Assembly (NCBI GenBank): GCA_030037815.1
Contig: JASHPZ010000062.1
Span: forward strand, 1-63,052
Source: Thermoplasmata archaeon
GTDB lineage: Archaea; Thermoplasmatota; Thermoplasmata; Lutacidiplasmatales; UBA184
DNA length: 63,052 bases
Direction: 5' to 3'
In this document: one piece after another, positions 37,417 through 45,750 of the stretch
Layout: each line of letters opens with the position of its first letter
Position numbering within the stretch: position 1 is the first letter of the stretch
Notes under the pieces: generated by a model
Databases searched by the model: none
The model's input: only the letters and a program-made list of their open reading frames with translations
What the model was told of the DNA's origin: nothing
Translations under genes and position numbers: made by a program

Positions 37417-39210
37417 ATGACGACACCTGCCGCCCGAACCGTTCCGATCTCCGGAGAGTCGGGACCGGTCGCCCCGACCCGTCCCCTCGAGCTTGCGGAC
37501 CTCAGCGTGATGATCGGAGGGCAGGGCGGCGACGGGACCCTCACCGTCTCGGACCTGCTCGGCCGGTACTTCCGGAAGCGGGGCCTCTACGTCTACACCT
37601 CGCGGAACGTCCTCTCGCGGATTCGGGGCGGTCACGCCGACGCGAGCGTGCGCGCGAGCCGCGACGCGGTTGCCGCCGTGAAGTCGAAGGTCGACGTCCT
37701 CGTCGCGTTCGACCGCGAGGCGATCGAGCTCGGACGCGCCGAGCTCGAATCGCACGGCTTCGTCCTCTACGACTCCACGACGTTCCAGTCCGACCTGCCG
37801 AACTCGGTGGGGTTCCCGTTCGCGACCCTGGTCGGGGGCCCGCTCGGCGCTCCGATCTTCAAGAACACGGCCGCCTACGGGGCCCTCTCGGTCCTGCTCG
37901 GCTTCGACCCGGCGATGACGCGTTCGGTCATCGAGGAGCGGTTCAAGCGGCGCGGGGGCGAAGCGCTCGAGAAGAACCTGAAGGCGCTCGAGATCGGGCG
38001 GAAGGCCGCGCTCGAAGCCCCGGGGGTCGCGGGCCGGTTCTCGGTGACGGACGGCGACGCGCACAATCTGATCCTCACGACGGGCAACCAGGCCGTCGCG
38101 CTCGGTTTCGTCGTGGGTGGGGGCCGGTTCTTCGCCGGGTACCCGATCACCCCGGCGACCGAGATCATGGAGTACCTCCAGCGGTACCTCCCGGCGTTCC
38201 ACGGGGTCGTCCGCCAGGCCGAGGACGAGCTCGCCGCGGTGAACATGATCATCGGCGCGTCGTACGCCGGCGCGCGCGTGATGACGTCCACGAGCGGGCC
38301 GGGCCTCAGCCTGATGACCGAGGGGATCGGGCACGCCGGCGCCGCGGAGGTCCCGATCGTGATCGCCGACTGTCAGCGCGTCGGACCGTCGACGGGCCAG
38401 CCGACCCGTCACGAACAGTCGGACCTCTCCCACCTCGCGAACCTGGGCCACGGGGAGTTCCCGCGGTTCATCCTCGCACCGGCGACCCCCGACGATGCGT
38501 TCCATCTGACGATCGACGCGCTCAACCTCGCCGACCGTTGGCGCCTCCCGGTGATCCTGCTCCTCGACCAGGCGCTCTGCCAGAACACGACGACGTCGGT
38601 CCGCTTCGACGGCACCGGCGCGCGCGTCGACCGCGGGAAGCGGCTCGCCTCCGACGCGGCCGAGCGGCTCACCCAGTACAAGGTCTACGAGGCGACCGAG
38701 GACGGCGTCAGCCCGTTCGCGCCGCCGGGCACCCCGGGCCTCTGGTCCGAGGTGACGGGGAACGAGCACGACGAGTGGGGCCACGTCTCCGTCAACGTCC
38801 CGAACCGCATCCGGATGATGCGGAAGCGGATGGAGAAGATGGTGAAGGCACGGGACGAACTCCCGTCCTGCCGCACGTTCGGACCGTCGAGCGCGAAGAT
38901 CGGGCTGATCGGCTACGGCAGCACGTCCGGGCCGATCGACGAGGTGCAGCGGACCCTGTCGAACCGCGGCGTCGCGACTCGGTACCTCCAGGCGCGCACG
39001 GTCTATCCGGTCCCCGTCCACGAGATCGACCCGTTCCTCGCCTCGGTCGATGTCGCGTACGTCATCGAACACAACTACACCGGCCAGTTCGCGCGGCTGC
39101 TCCGCGAGACGATGCCGTGGCACCACGCGAAGATGCGGTCGATCCTGAAGTACGACGGACACACGTTCCGCGCGCCCGACGTCATCGCCGAGATCCGGGA
39201 GGTCGCGTAG
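37417..39210 (+). CDS. 2-oxoacid:ferredoxin oxidoreductase subunit alpha (gamma-alpha fusion type)
   Basis: N-terminal gamma-like domain (IGGQGGDG), then alpha-domain motifs GYPITPATEI and TSGPGLSLM. 597 aa. Confidence 0.88.
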   Translation: MTTPAARTVPISGESGPVAPTRPLELADLSVMIGGQGGDGTLTVSDLLGRYFRKRGLYVYTSRNVLSRIRGGHADASVRASRDAVAAVKSKVDVLVAFDREAIELGRAELESHGFVLYDSTTFQSDLPNSVGFPFATLVGGPLGAPIFKNTAAYGALSVLLGFDPAMTRSVIEERFKRRGGEALEKNLKALEIGRKAALEAPGVAGRFSVTDGDAHNLILTTGNQAVALGFVVGGGRFFAGYPITPATEIMEYLQRYLPAFHGVVRQAEDELAAVNMIIGASYAGARVMTSTSGPGLSLMTEGIGHAGAAEVPIVIADCQRVGPSTGQPTRHEQSDLSHLANLGHGEFPRFILAPATPDDAFHLTIDALNLADRWRLPVILLLDQALCQNTTTSVRFDGTGARVDRGKRLASDAAERLTQYKVYEATEDGVSPFAPPGTPGLWSEVTGNEHDEWGHVSVNVPNRIRMMRKRMEKMVKARDELPSCRTFGPSSAKIGLIGYGSTSGPIDEVQRTLSNRGVATRYLQARTVYPVPVHEIDPFLASVDVAYVIEHNYTGQFARLLRETMPWHHAKMRSILKYDGHTFRAPDVIAEIREVA

Positions 39211-39211
39211 G

Positions 39212-40081
39212 ATGCCAGCCCAGTCCGCGAAGCCGGTTCCCCCAATCTGGTGCCCGGGGTGCGGGGACTTCAGCGTGCTGGCGGCGGTGAAGCGCGCCGC
39301 GGCCGACCTCAAGATCCCGGTGCACGACCTGGTCTTGGTCGGCGGGATCGGCTGCTCGGGGTCGATCCACAACTTCCTCGAGGTCAACGGGATCCACGCG
39401 CTCCACGGGCGCCTCCTCGCCCAGGCGGTAGGGGTCAAGCTCGCCAATCCGGCGCTCACGGTGGTCGCCGCCGGCGGCGACGGGGACGGCTACGCGATCG
39501 GGATGGGGCACTTCATGCACGCGTTCAAGAAGAACGCGTCGATCCTCTACATCGTGATGAACAACGAGACGTACGGGCTCACCAAGGGCCAGGCGTCGCC
39601 CACGAGCCAGCTCGGGTTCGAGGGGAACGTCGAGCCACCGTTCCACTCGATCCTCACCGCCCTCTCGATCCCCGCGCCCAACTTCATCGCGCGGACGTTC
39701 TCGGGCGACCCGAAGGGGATGACGGCGATCCTCTCGGAGGCGCTCCGGTTCAACCAGGAGGGCCGCGGGTTCGCGTTCGTCGAGGACCTCTCCCCGTGCG
39801 TGACGTACAACGACACGTACAAGCTGTGGCGGGAGAAGGTCGTCGACGTCGCGAAGATGCCGAACTACGACCCGACCGACCGCAAGGTGATGTTCCAGCT
39901 CTGCCTCGAGGCGGTCGAACAGGGCCGCATCCCGATCGGCGTGTTCCACCGCCCGAAGGAGGTCGCCGCCGACGGGCTCGAGCGCAAGCTCGTCCCCGGC
40001 CCGGACGGTCCCGCCCGGACGGACATCCGCGTCGAGCCGAACTACGCGGCGTACGAGAAGCTGCTCGCCGGGCTCGCGTAG
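39212..40081 (+). CDS. 2-oxoacid:ferredoxin oxidoreductase subunit beta (TPP-binding)
   Basis: Motifs WCPGCGDF and GGDGDGYAIGMGH...NNETYGLTKGQ. It starts 1 nt after the alpha-subunit stop. Confidence 0.88.
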   Translation: MPAQSAKPVPPIWCPGCGDFSVLAAVKRAAADLKIPVHDLVLVGGIGCSGSIHNFLEVNGIHALHGRLLAQAVGVKLANPALTVVAAGGDGDGYAIGMGHFMHAFKKNASILYIVMNNETYGLTKGQASPTSQLGFEGNVEPPFHSILTALSIPAPNFIARTFSGDPKGMTAILSEALRFNQEGRGFAFVEDLSPCVTYNDTYKLWREKVVDVAKMPNYDPTDRKVMFQLCLEAVEQGRIPIGVFHRPKEVAADGLERKLVPGPDGPARTDIRVEPNYAAYEKLLAGLA

Positions 40082-40132
40082 GCCTCCGCGACCTCAAGTC
40101 CCCCGGTCCCTTCCGCGGCGAGGGGCGGGAGC

Positions 40133-41443
40133 ATCCGGATCGGGATCGACGATACCGACAGCCCTCGCGGCGGCTGCACGACCTGGGTCCTCACCGAGCT
40201 CCTCGCGCTGGCGCGGGACGAACAGGTCGACCTGATCGGAGCCCCGCGGCTCGTCCGGCTCAACCCGAACATCCCCTGGAAGACGCGCGGGAACGCGGCG
40301 CTGTCCGCCCGGTTCGGGCGGGGCGCGGGACCGCGAACTCGCGTCGGGACGCTCGGGGGACGCCCGGTCTGGGCGTTCGCGCGGGGGCGCGGCCTCGCAC
40401 CGGCCGCCGGACGCCGGTTCGCCGACCGGGTCTGGGAGCGGGTGCGCGACCGCGCCTCCGTCGGGGAGGCGGGGACCGACCCCGCGTTCGTCGCGACCGA
40501 GGGGCCGCTCCCTCCGGCCCTCTATTGGGGGGCCGTGCGGGAGGTGCTCGCGCCGGGCGCGGTCCGGGCCGTGCTCGCGGCGGCCGGGGCGGACGTACGG
40601 TGGATGGGAGAGGACCGCGGTGTGGTCGGGGCGGCGGCGGCGATCGCGTGGCCGGCCCGCACCCAGACCTGGGAGGCGATCGCGTACCGCACCCCGGACC
40701 GCTGGGGTACTCCCCGGGACGTCTCGGCCGCGAGCGTCGCCCGCGCCGAGCGCGCGCTGCCGCGCGTGTTCCTCTGCCGGGACCCGGCGACCCGGCGGCT
40801 CCTGGTCGCGCCGCACACTCCGTGCCCGATCCTGTTCGGCGTGCGGGCGACCGACGCCCGCTCCGCGCGGCGCGCGGTCCCGGTGATCCGCTCGGAGCCC
40901 GTCGATCGCTGGGTGCTGTTCGCCACGAACCAGGCGACGGGCGACCACCTCGTGCGTCGGGAGGTGCGCGACCTCCGCCCGTACACGTCGGCGCGAATCC
41001 GGGGGATCGTCGCCGCGACGCCGGAAACCCGTGCCGGGGGGCACATGCGGTTCGCGCTCCGGGACCGGTCGGGGGCGACGGTCGACTGTCTCGCGTTCGA
41101 GCCGACCAAGACGCTACCGCGGGTCGCGGCCTCCCTTCGCCCGGGGGACCGGGTCGAGGTCTGGGGGAGCCGGGGTCGCGAGCCGCCCCTCCGGCTCGAG
41201 GGGATCCGGCTCGTCGCGCCGGGCCGGCTCGGTCCCTCCGTCCGCGGTCCCACCTGCCCGGGGTGCCGCCGGGCCGCCCGGTCGATGGGGCGCGCCCGCG
41301 GCTACCGGTGCCCCCGCTGCGGGGCGCGCTTCCCGCCCGAGCGCGCCACGTCGGAGCCTCGTCGGGTCCCGTTCGTCGTGGGGGTGCACCACCCGACTCC
41401 CTCCGCCCGACGGCATCTCGCGCCGCTACCGGCCGCCGCGTGA
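40133..41443 (+). CDS. tiaS: tRNA(Ile2) 2-agmatinylcytidine synthetase TiaS (start codon unresolved)
   Basis: The conserved N-terminus IRIGIDDTDSPRGGCTTW is encoded from 40133. An OB-fold and a C-terminal zinc ribbon (CPGCRRAARSMGRARGYRCPRCG) are present. No in-frame ATG/GTG/TTG occurs between the upstream TAG (40079-40081) and the GTG at 40442, so 40133 (ATC) is a provisional start. Confidence 0.7.
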   Translation: MRIGIDDTDSPRGGCTTWVLTELLALARDEQVDLIGAPRLVRLNPNIPWKTRGNAALSARFGRGAGPRTRVGTLGGRPVWAFARGRGLAPAAGRRFADRVWERVRDRASVGEAGTDPAFVATEGPLPPALYWGAVREVLAPGAVRAVLAAAGADVRWMGEDRGVVGAAAAIAWPARTQTWEAIAYRTPDRWGTPRDVSAASVARAERALPRVFLCRDPATRRLLVAPHTPCPILFGVRATDARSARRAVPVIRSEPVDRWVLFATNQATGDHLVRREVRDLRPYTSARIRGIVAATPETRAGGHMRFALRDRSGATVDCLAFEPTKTLPRVAASLRPGDRVEVWGSRGREPPLRLEGIRLVAPGRLGPSVRGPTCPGCRRAARSMGRARGYRCPRCGARFPPERATSEPRRVPFVVGVHHPTPSARRHLAPLPAAA

Positions 41444-41448
41444 GCCCG

Positions 41449-41471
41449 GGGAGGGCGCGTCCTACCCTCCC
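41449..41471 (+). terminator. GC hairpin (GGGAGGG-N9-CCCTCCC) directly after the tiaS stop
   Basis: A 7-bp perfect stem begins 6 nt after the TGA. A T4 run lies at 41505-41508. Archaeal termination normally needs oligo-T, so its function is uncertain. Confidence 0.25.
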
Positions 41472-41543
41472 GGGGTGGCGCGGACGAAATCGAGAGCCAA
41501 GAGCTTTTGAGGCGTGGCCCGGTGGCACGCCGGAGTCGGGCGG

Positions 41544-42479
41544 ATGGTCGGTCCTCGGACGAAGGCCGCGATGCTGTTCGCGGTCATCATCGCCCTGTTC
41601 GTCGTCGTCGGCGGGCTGGTCGGCGAGTTCCTGTTCGGGTCCTGGCTCGCGGGCCTGATCGTCGCGCTGTCGCTCTCGCTCGTCTTGAATCTCATCAGCT
41701 ACGCCTTTTGCGACCGGCTGGTCCTCTGGTCGACCCGCGCCAAGATCGTCACGCCCGCCGAGGCGCCCCGCCTCGCCAAGATCGTGGACGAGCTGGCGCC
41801 GAAGTTCGGCCTGGTCGCGCCGCGCCTCGCGATCGTGCCCACGCCGACCCCGAACGCGTTCGCCACCGGACGGGACGAGCGCCACGCCGTCGTCGCCGCG
41901 ACGGAGGGGATCCTCGCGATGCTCGACGACCGCGAACTGCGGGGCGTGCTCGCCCACGAGCTCGCCCATGTACGCGACCGCGACGTGCTCGTGATGACGT
42001 TCGCGGCCACGCTGGCGGGCGCGATCAGCTACGCCGCGCAGATCGTGTTCTTCTCGATGCTGTTCGGCGGCACGGGGAACGGACGCGGCAACGTGAACCC
42101 GGTCGTGCTGCTGATCGCCATCATCACGGCGCCGATCGCCGCGATGCTCGTGCAGCTCGCCATCTCCCGCTCCCGGGAGTTCCGCGCCGACCAGGTCGGC
42201 GCCTACACGATCGGCGACCCGGAGGCCCTCGCGAGCGCGCTCGCGAAGCTCGAGACGGCGAACAAGCGCCGACCGATCAACGTCGGCTCGCCGGCCCAGT
42301 CGAGCCTCTACATCGTGAACCCGTTCCGCGGCGCGTCGTTCGCGTCGCTGTTCTCGACGCACCCCCCGACCGCCGAGCGGATCCGCCGCCTCAAGGCGAT
42401 GCACACCGACTACCGGTACCGCCCGAACATCCGCGGGCCGTCCGCCCGCGCGGCGCCGCCCCGCCCGAGTCGCAGCTAG
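41544..42479 (+). CDS. htpX: Zinc metalloprotease HtpX (peptidase M48)
   Basis: HELAHV zinc motif, N-terminal TM helices and STHPPTAERI. ATG at 41544 is preferred, because the alternative GTG at 41514 lies only 7 nt after the AT-rich GCTTTTGA. Confidence 0.85.
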   Translation: MVGPRTKAAMLFAVIIALFVVVGGLVGEFLFGSWLAGLIVALSLSLVLNLISYAFCDRLVLWSTRAKIVTPAEAPRLAKIVDELAPKFGLVAPRLAIVPTPTPNAFATGRDERHAVVAATEGILAMLDDRELRGVLAHELAHVRDRDVLVMTFAATLAGAISYAAQIVFFSMLFGGTGNGRGNVNPVVLLIAIITAPIAAMLVQLAISRSREFRADQVGAYTIGDPEALASALAKLETANKRRPINVGSPAQSSLYIVNPFRGASFASLFSTHPPTAERIRRLKAMHTDYRYRPNIRGPSARAAPPRPSRS

Positions 42480-42491
42480 TCACTCGTCGCG

Positions 42492-43595
42492 ATGCTCGCG
42501 TGTCCGGCGTGCGGCTCGCCCGTCCCCCCCGAGGCGACCTCGTGCCCGGAGTGCCATCTCGCCGGCGCCCTCTTCGGAGCCGTCACGGAAGCGGCGGCCG
42601 GGCCGTCGGCGGGCGATCCGGCGTACCTCCGGACGATCGCCGAGCTGATCTCGACGGTCGACCTGGACGGGCCGCTCGCCGAGTTGAACCCCGACGCCGC
42701 GGGCGCCGTTCTCTCCCGTCCCGCCCGGTTCCCCGCGCTCGGCGCGGCCGCCCCGGTCCGGCCGCCGGTCGAGGTCGAGCCGCTCCGCGACCTGCCGAGG
42801 CTGCCGCCTCCGGCCGACGCCGCCATGCTCCGGCGGCGCATCGAGGAGTACTCCTCCACTGCGCAGCGGCTCGGGCTCGACTTCACCGACCTCGACGACC
42901 GGATGGACGAAGCGAACGACGCCGCCGACGAGGCCGCGGTCGCCGACCTCGCGCGGCAGATGTTCGTGCACCTCGCGAGCGCGCTCTCCGAGGAGTACGC
43001 GGTGGCGCTCGGCCGGCGGAACGAATTGGCGCCGATCGTGCCGACCCCCGACGCCGACGCGGAGTTCGAGGGAGTCCGCGCGGCGCTCGAAACGGGCGAC
43101 CTCGCCGGCGCCCAACGTCGCCTCGCGCACGTCCGCGAGACGCTCGGGGCGATCGAGGAGGACTGGGCGGCCGGTCGCATCCTCTTGACGGAGTGCGAAC
43201 TTCTCGCGCAGACCGCGCGCGAGCTCGGCATCGACCCGGGTCCCGCGCTCGGACCGTTCGAGGAGGGACGGCGGCGGTTCCGCAATGCGCAGCGGCCGGA
43301 GGCGGAGCGACTCCTCGCGCGCGCCGCGGTCGCCCTCTGGGCGCTGGTCCAGCCGCGGTTCTTCGAGGAGATCCATCGGGTGCGCGACCGCCTCGTCCAG
43401 CTCCGGTCGGCCGGCGGGGACATCCAGCCGGCGCTCGTCGACTTGCGCGAGGTGTCGGTCGAGCTCCGCCAGCGCAACTTCGCGGGGATGCTGCTCGCGT
43501 TCGGGCGCGTCCGCGCGTTCGCCGACCGGGCGGCCCCGCCGGGCGAGCCCGGCGACGCGCCGGCGGCGATGCGCCCGACGAGCGCATCCGATTAA
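42492..43595 (+). CDS. Hypothetical protein: N-terminal double CxxC zinc ribbon plus a long acidic alpha-helical region
   Basis: MLACPACGSPVPPEATSCPEC, then about 340 aa rich in Ala/Glu/Leu/Arg. Balanced composition and good GC3 bias. Confidence 0.55.
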   Translation: MLACPACGSPVPPEATSCPECHLAGALFGAVTEAAAGPSAGDPAYLRTIAELISTVDLDGPLAELNPDAAGAVLSRPARFPALGAAAPVRPPVEVEPLRDLPRLPPPADAAMLRRRIEEYSSTAQRLGLDFTDLDDRMDEANDAADEAAVADLARQMFVHLASALSEEYAVALGRRNELAPIVPTPDADAEFEGVRAALETGDLAGAQRRLAHVRETLGAIEEDWAAGRILLTECELLAQTARELGIDPGPALGPFEEGRRRFRNAQRPEAERLLARAAVALWALVQPRFFEEIHRVRDRLVQLRSAGGDIQPALVDLREVSVELRQRNFAGMLLAFGRVRAFADRAAPPGEPGDAPAAMRPTSASD

Positions 43596-43621
43596 TAGCC
43601 GGTCCTCGGTCCAAACCGCCG

Positions 43622-44923
43622 ATGGCGCCGAGCGCGCTCCGGGGGTTCCGGGACTATCCGCCACCGGACGCGGGCGCCCGATCCGAGCTGCGCCGACGGA
43701 TGCGGGCGGCCGCCCGCCGCTCGGGATTCGTCGAGCTCGAGGTGCCGTGCGTCGAGAGCTTCGAGCTGTACCAGATGAAGAGCGGCGAGGGGATCGCCGC
43801 CGAGACGTGGCTGTTCCACGACAAGGGCGACCGGCCGGTCGCCCTCGTGCCGGAACAGACCCCGTCCCTCGCGCGGATCTTCGTCGACCGCGCGAAGTCG
43901 GAGCCGATGCCCGTGAAGTGGTTCACGGTCTCGAAGAGCTGGCGGTACGAGGAGCCGCAGGCCGGACGCACCCGCGAGTTCCTACAGTTCAACCTGGACA
44001 TCCTGGGCGTGCCCGGGGTCGAGGCCGAGGCGGACCTCCTCGCGACCGCGGCGCTCCTGATGGACGAGATCGGCGCGACGGACCTCTATGCGTTCCGACT
44101 GAACGACCGGGCGGTCGCGGACGGGATCGGCCGCCTCGCCGGGGCGAAGAACGCGCCGGGGTTCCTCCGCGCGGTGGACCGGTACAAGAAGGTGCCCCCG
44201 GCGGAGTTCGAGGGGGAGCTCGCGGAGGCGGGCGTCTCGGAATCGGGGCGCGCGATGCTCGCGGAGCTGTTCCGCGACGCCGCGGACGGGGTCCCGCCGG
44301 CGCGGGTCGCCCACTTCCTCGCCACCCTCGCGGACCGCGGCCTGGACGACGCCGCGCGGGTCGGCGTCGAGCGCCTGCGACGCCTCTTCGACCTGCTCGT
44401 GCGCGCGGGACTCGGCGACCGGGTCGTCTACGACCCGACCGTCGTCCGCGGGCTCGCCTACTACACCTCGAGCGTGTTCGAGGCGTACTCCCGGTCCGGG
44501 GACGGCCGCTCGGTGTTCGGGGGCGGGCGGTACGACCACCTGATCGAGCTGTTCGGCGGGCCGCCGACCCCCGCCGCCGGGCTCGCGATCGGCGACCAGA
44601 CGCTCGAGCTGTTGCTGCGCGGCGGCGGCCGATGGCCCGAGGGCGAACCGCCGCTCGACACCTACGTGGTCGTGACGGACGCGGCGCTGACGCCGGAGGC
44701 GATCGCGCTCGTCCAGGAGCTCCGGCGCGGCGGCCTCTCGGCCGACTGCGACCTGCTCGCGCGCTCGATGTCCCGGCAGTTCAAGGAGGCGGCGCGGCGG
44801 CGGAGCCGCCGGGCGCTGATCCTGGGCCTGAAGGAGGCGACGCCGGGTGCGGTGGTCGAGCGTGATCTCGCGACGGGTGCGCAGCGGGAGCTCGCTCGGA
44901 CTTCGGCGGTACGACCGGCGTGA
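43622..44923 (+). CDS. hisS: Histidyl-tRNA synthetase
   Basis: Class II aaRS motifs: RGFRDYPP, KWFTVSKSWRYEEPQAGRTREFLQFN and GGGRYD. ATG at 43622. The track ORF upstream of that point is out-of-gene shadow. Confidence 0.9.
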   Translation: MAPSALRGFRDYPPPDAGARSELRRRMRAAARRSGFVELEVPCVESFELYQMKSGEGIAAETWLFHDKGDRPVALVPEQTPSLARIFVDRAKSEPMPVKWFTVSKSWRYEEPQAGRTREFLQFNLDILGVPGVEAEADLLATAALLMDEIGATDLYAFRLNDRAVADGIGRLAGAKNAPGFLRAVDRYKKVPPAEFEGELAEAGVSESGRAMLAELFRDAADGVPPARVAHFLATLADRGLDDAARVGVERLRRLFDLLVRAGLGDRVVYDPTVVRGLAYYTSSVFEAYSRSGDGRSVFGGGRYDHLIELFGGPPTPAAGLAIGDQTLELLLRGGGRWPEGEPPLDTYVVVTDAALTPEAIALVQELRRGGLSADCDLLARSMSRQFKEAARRRSRRALILGLKEATPGAVVERDLATGAQRELARTSAVRPA

Positions 44924-45665
44924 TCGCCTCGAACGTCGGCGCGTCCCACAAGAGGATCCCCGGGGGCGACTCCGCGCCCTCGACGAACCCGTACCAGTAG
45001 ACGACCGCGCCCTCGCCGAAGATCTCGGTGTACGGGGCGAGCTGCCGCCGCAGGTTCTTGCGGAGCTCGACGTCGTCCCCGAAGTTCGCCTTCGACTCGA
45101 TCCACGTCAGCTTCTGTCCGTAGAAGATGATCGGCTCGTCGAGCAGCGCGTCCGGCGTCTTCGCGTACTTGCCCCGCAGGTCGACCTCGGTGCGGTAGCC
45201 GATCCCGTGCTTGTCGAGCCAGGTGTGCATCCGCGCCTCCCCCTGGCGCCCCCGCTCGCGCTGCAGCTCCATCCCGCGCGGGGAGTAGATCATGTCGGCG
45301 GCGAGCAGTTCGTCCACCTCGCGCCGGAGCCGCTCGTCCGGCGCGGTCTCGGGGTGGAGGAATGCCTGCCAGACCTTCTTCCGCGGGATGCCGAGCTCCC
45401 CAAGCATCTGCTGGCCCATCAGGACCGGCGGGAACTTCCACTCGCGGGCGATGTCGAGGATCGACTTCCCCTGCCGCCACGCGTGGACGAGGCGGGGCAC
45501 CTGCCGTTTCACGACGTAGAAGCGGCGGGTCGCGTCGCGGGTGACGCGGTGTGTGTGGATGACGAAGAGGAGCTCCTCGTCCCGGTGTTCGGCGTGGGCG
45601 ATGCGGTGCACGTCCTCGTACGTCGCGAGCGCGTCGTAGAGGCGTTGGTAGGTGGCGCGGTCCAT
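44781..45665 (-). CDS. PD-(D/E)xK nuclease-fold protein of the TPD-motif / C15orf41 (CDIN1)-like family
   Basis: The KTPDALLDEPI (TPD motif) and WIESKANFGD (E-x-K) contexts are recalled from the PF14811-type family. An N-terminal helical/HTH-like region is present. The last ~45 aa (Pro/Ser/Ala-rich) run antisense to the hisS 3' end. Confidence 0.55.
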   Translation of the reverse strand: MDRATYQRLYDALATYEDVHRIAHAEHRDEELLFVIHTHRVTRDATRRFYVVKRQVPRLVHAWRQGKSILDIAREWKFPPVLMGQQMLGELGIPRKKVWQAFLHPETAPDERLRREVDELLAADMIYSPRGMELQRERGRQGEARMHTWLDKHGIGYRTEVDLRGKYAKTPDALLDEPIIFYGQKLTWIESKANFGDDVELRKNLRRQLAPYTEIFGEGAVVYWYGFVEGAESPPGILLWDAPTFEAITPVVPPKSERAPAAHPSRDHARPPHPASPPSGPGSAPGGSAAAPPP

Positions 45666-45750
45666 GGAGGGATACTCGACGGGGCTACGGGGCGGCGGAG
45701 CGCCGGTGGGGTAAAACGTTGCCCGAGCGACCGGGAGGCGCCCCGCGCGG

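Noticed and set aside
40079-40081. The in-frame TAG between OFOR-beta and tiaS, considered as a pyrrolysine or readthrough codon producing a fusion protein.
   Set aside because: TAG terminates many other well-defined genes in this window, including top6A, the aquaporin, the HAD hydrolase, the ferredoxin, OFOR-alpha, HMGCS and the thiolase. Genome-wide reassignment is therefore implausible. A KorB-TiaS fusion has no precedent that I know of. It is kept only as a minor alternative in the TiaS finding.
39250-42404. Very long ORFs 39250..41658 (+) and 40260..42404 (-) covering OFOR-beta, tiaS and htpX.
   Set aside because: The translations are almost pure Arg/Gly/Pro/Ala. They overlap three genes with clear family motifs in other frames.
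41507-43621. Upstream 700 codons of track ORF 41507..44923, which would make a 1138-aa HisRS.
   Set aside because: The HisRS homology begins at the ATG at 43622 (MAPSALRGFRDYPP). The upstream part is an Arg-rich frame overlapping htpX and the zinc-ribbon gene, which are in other frames.
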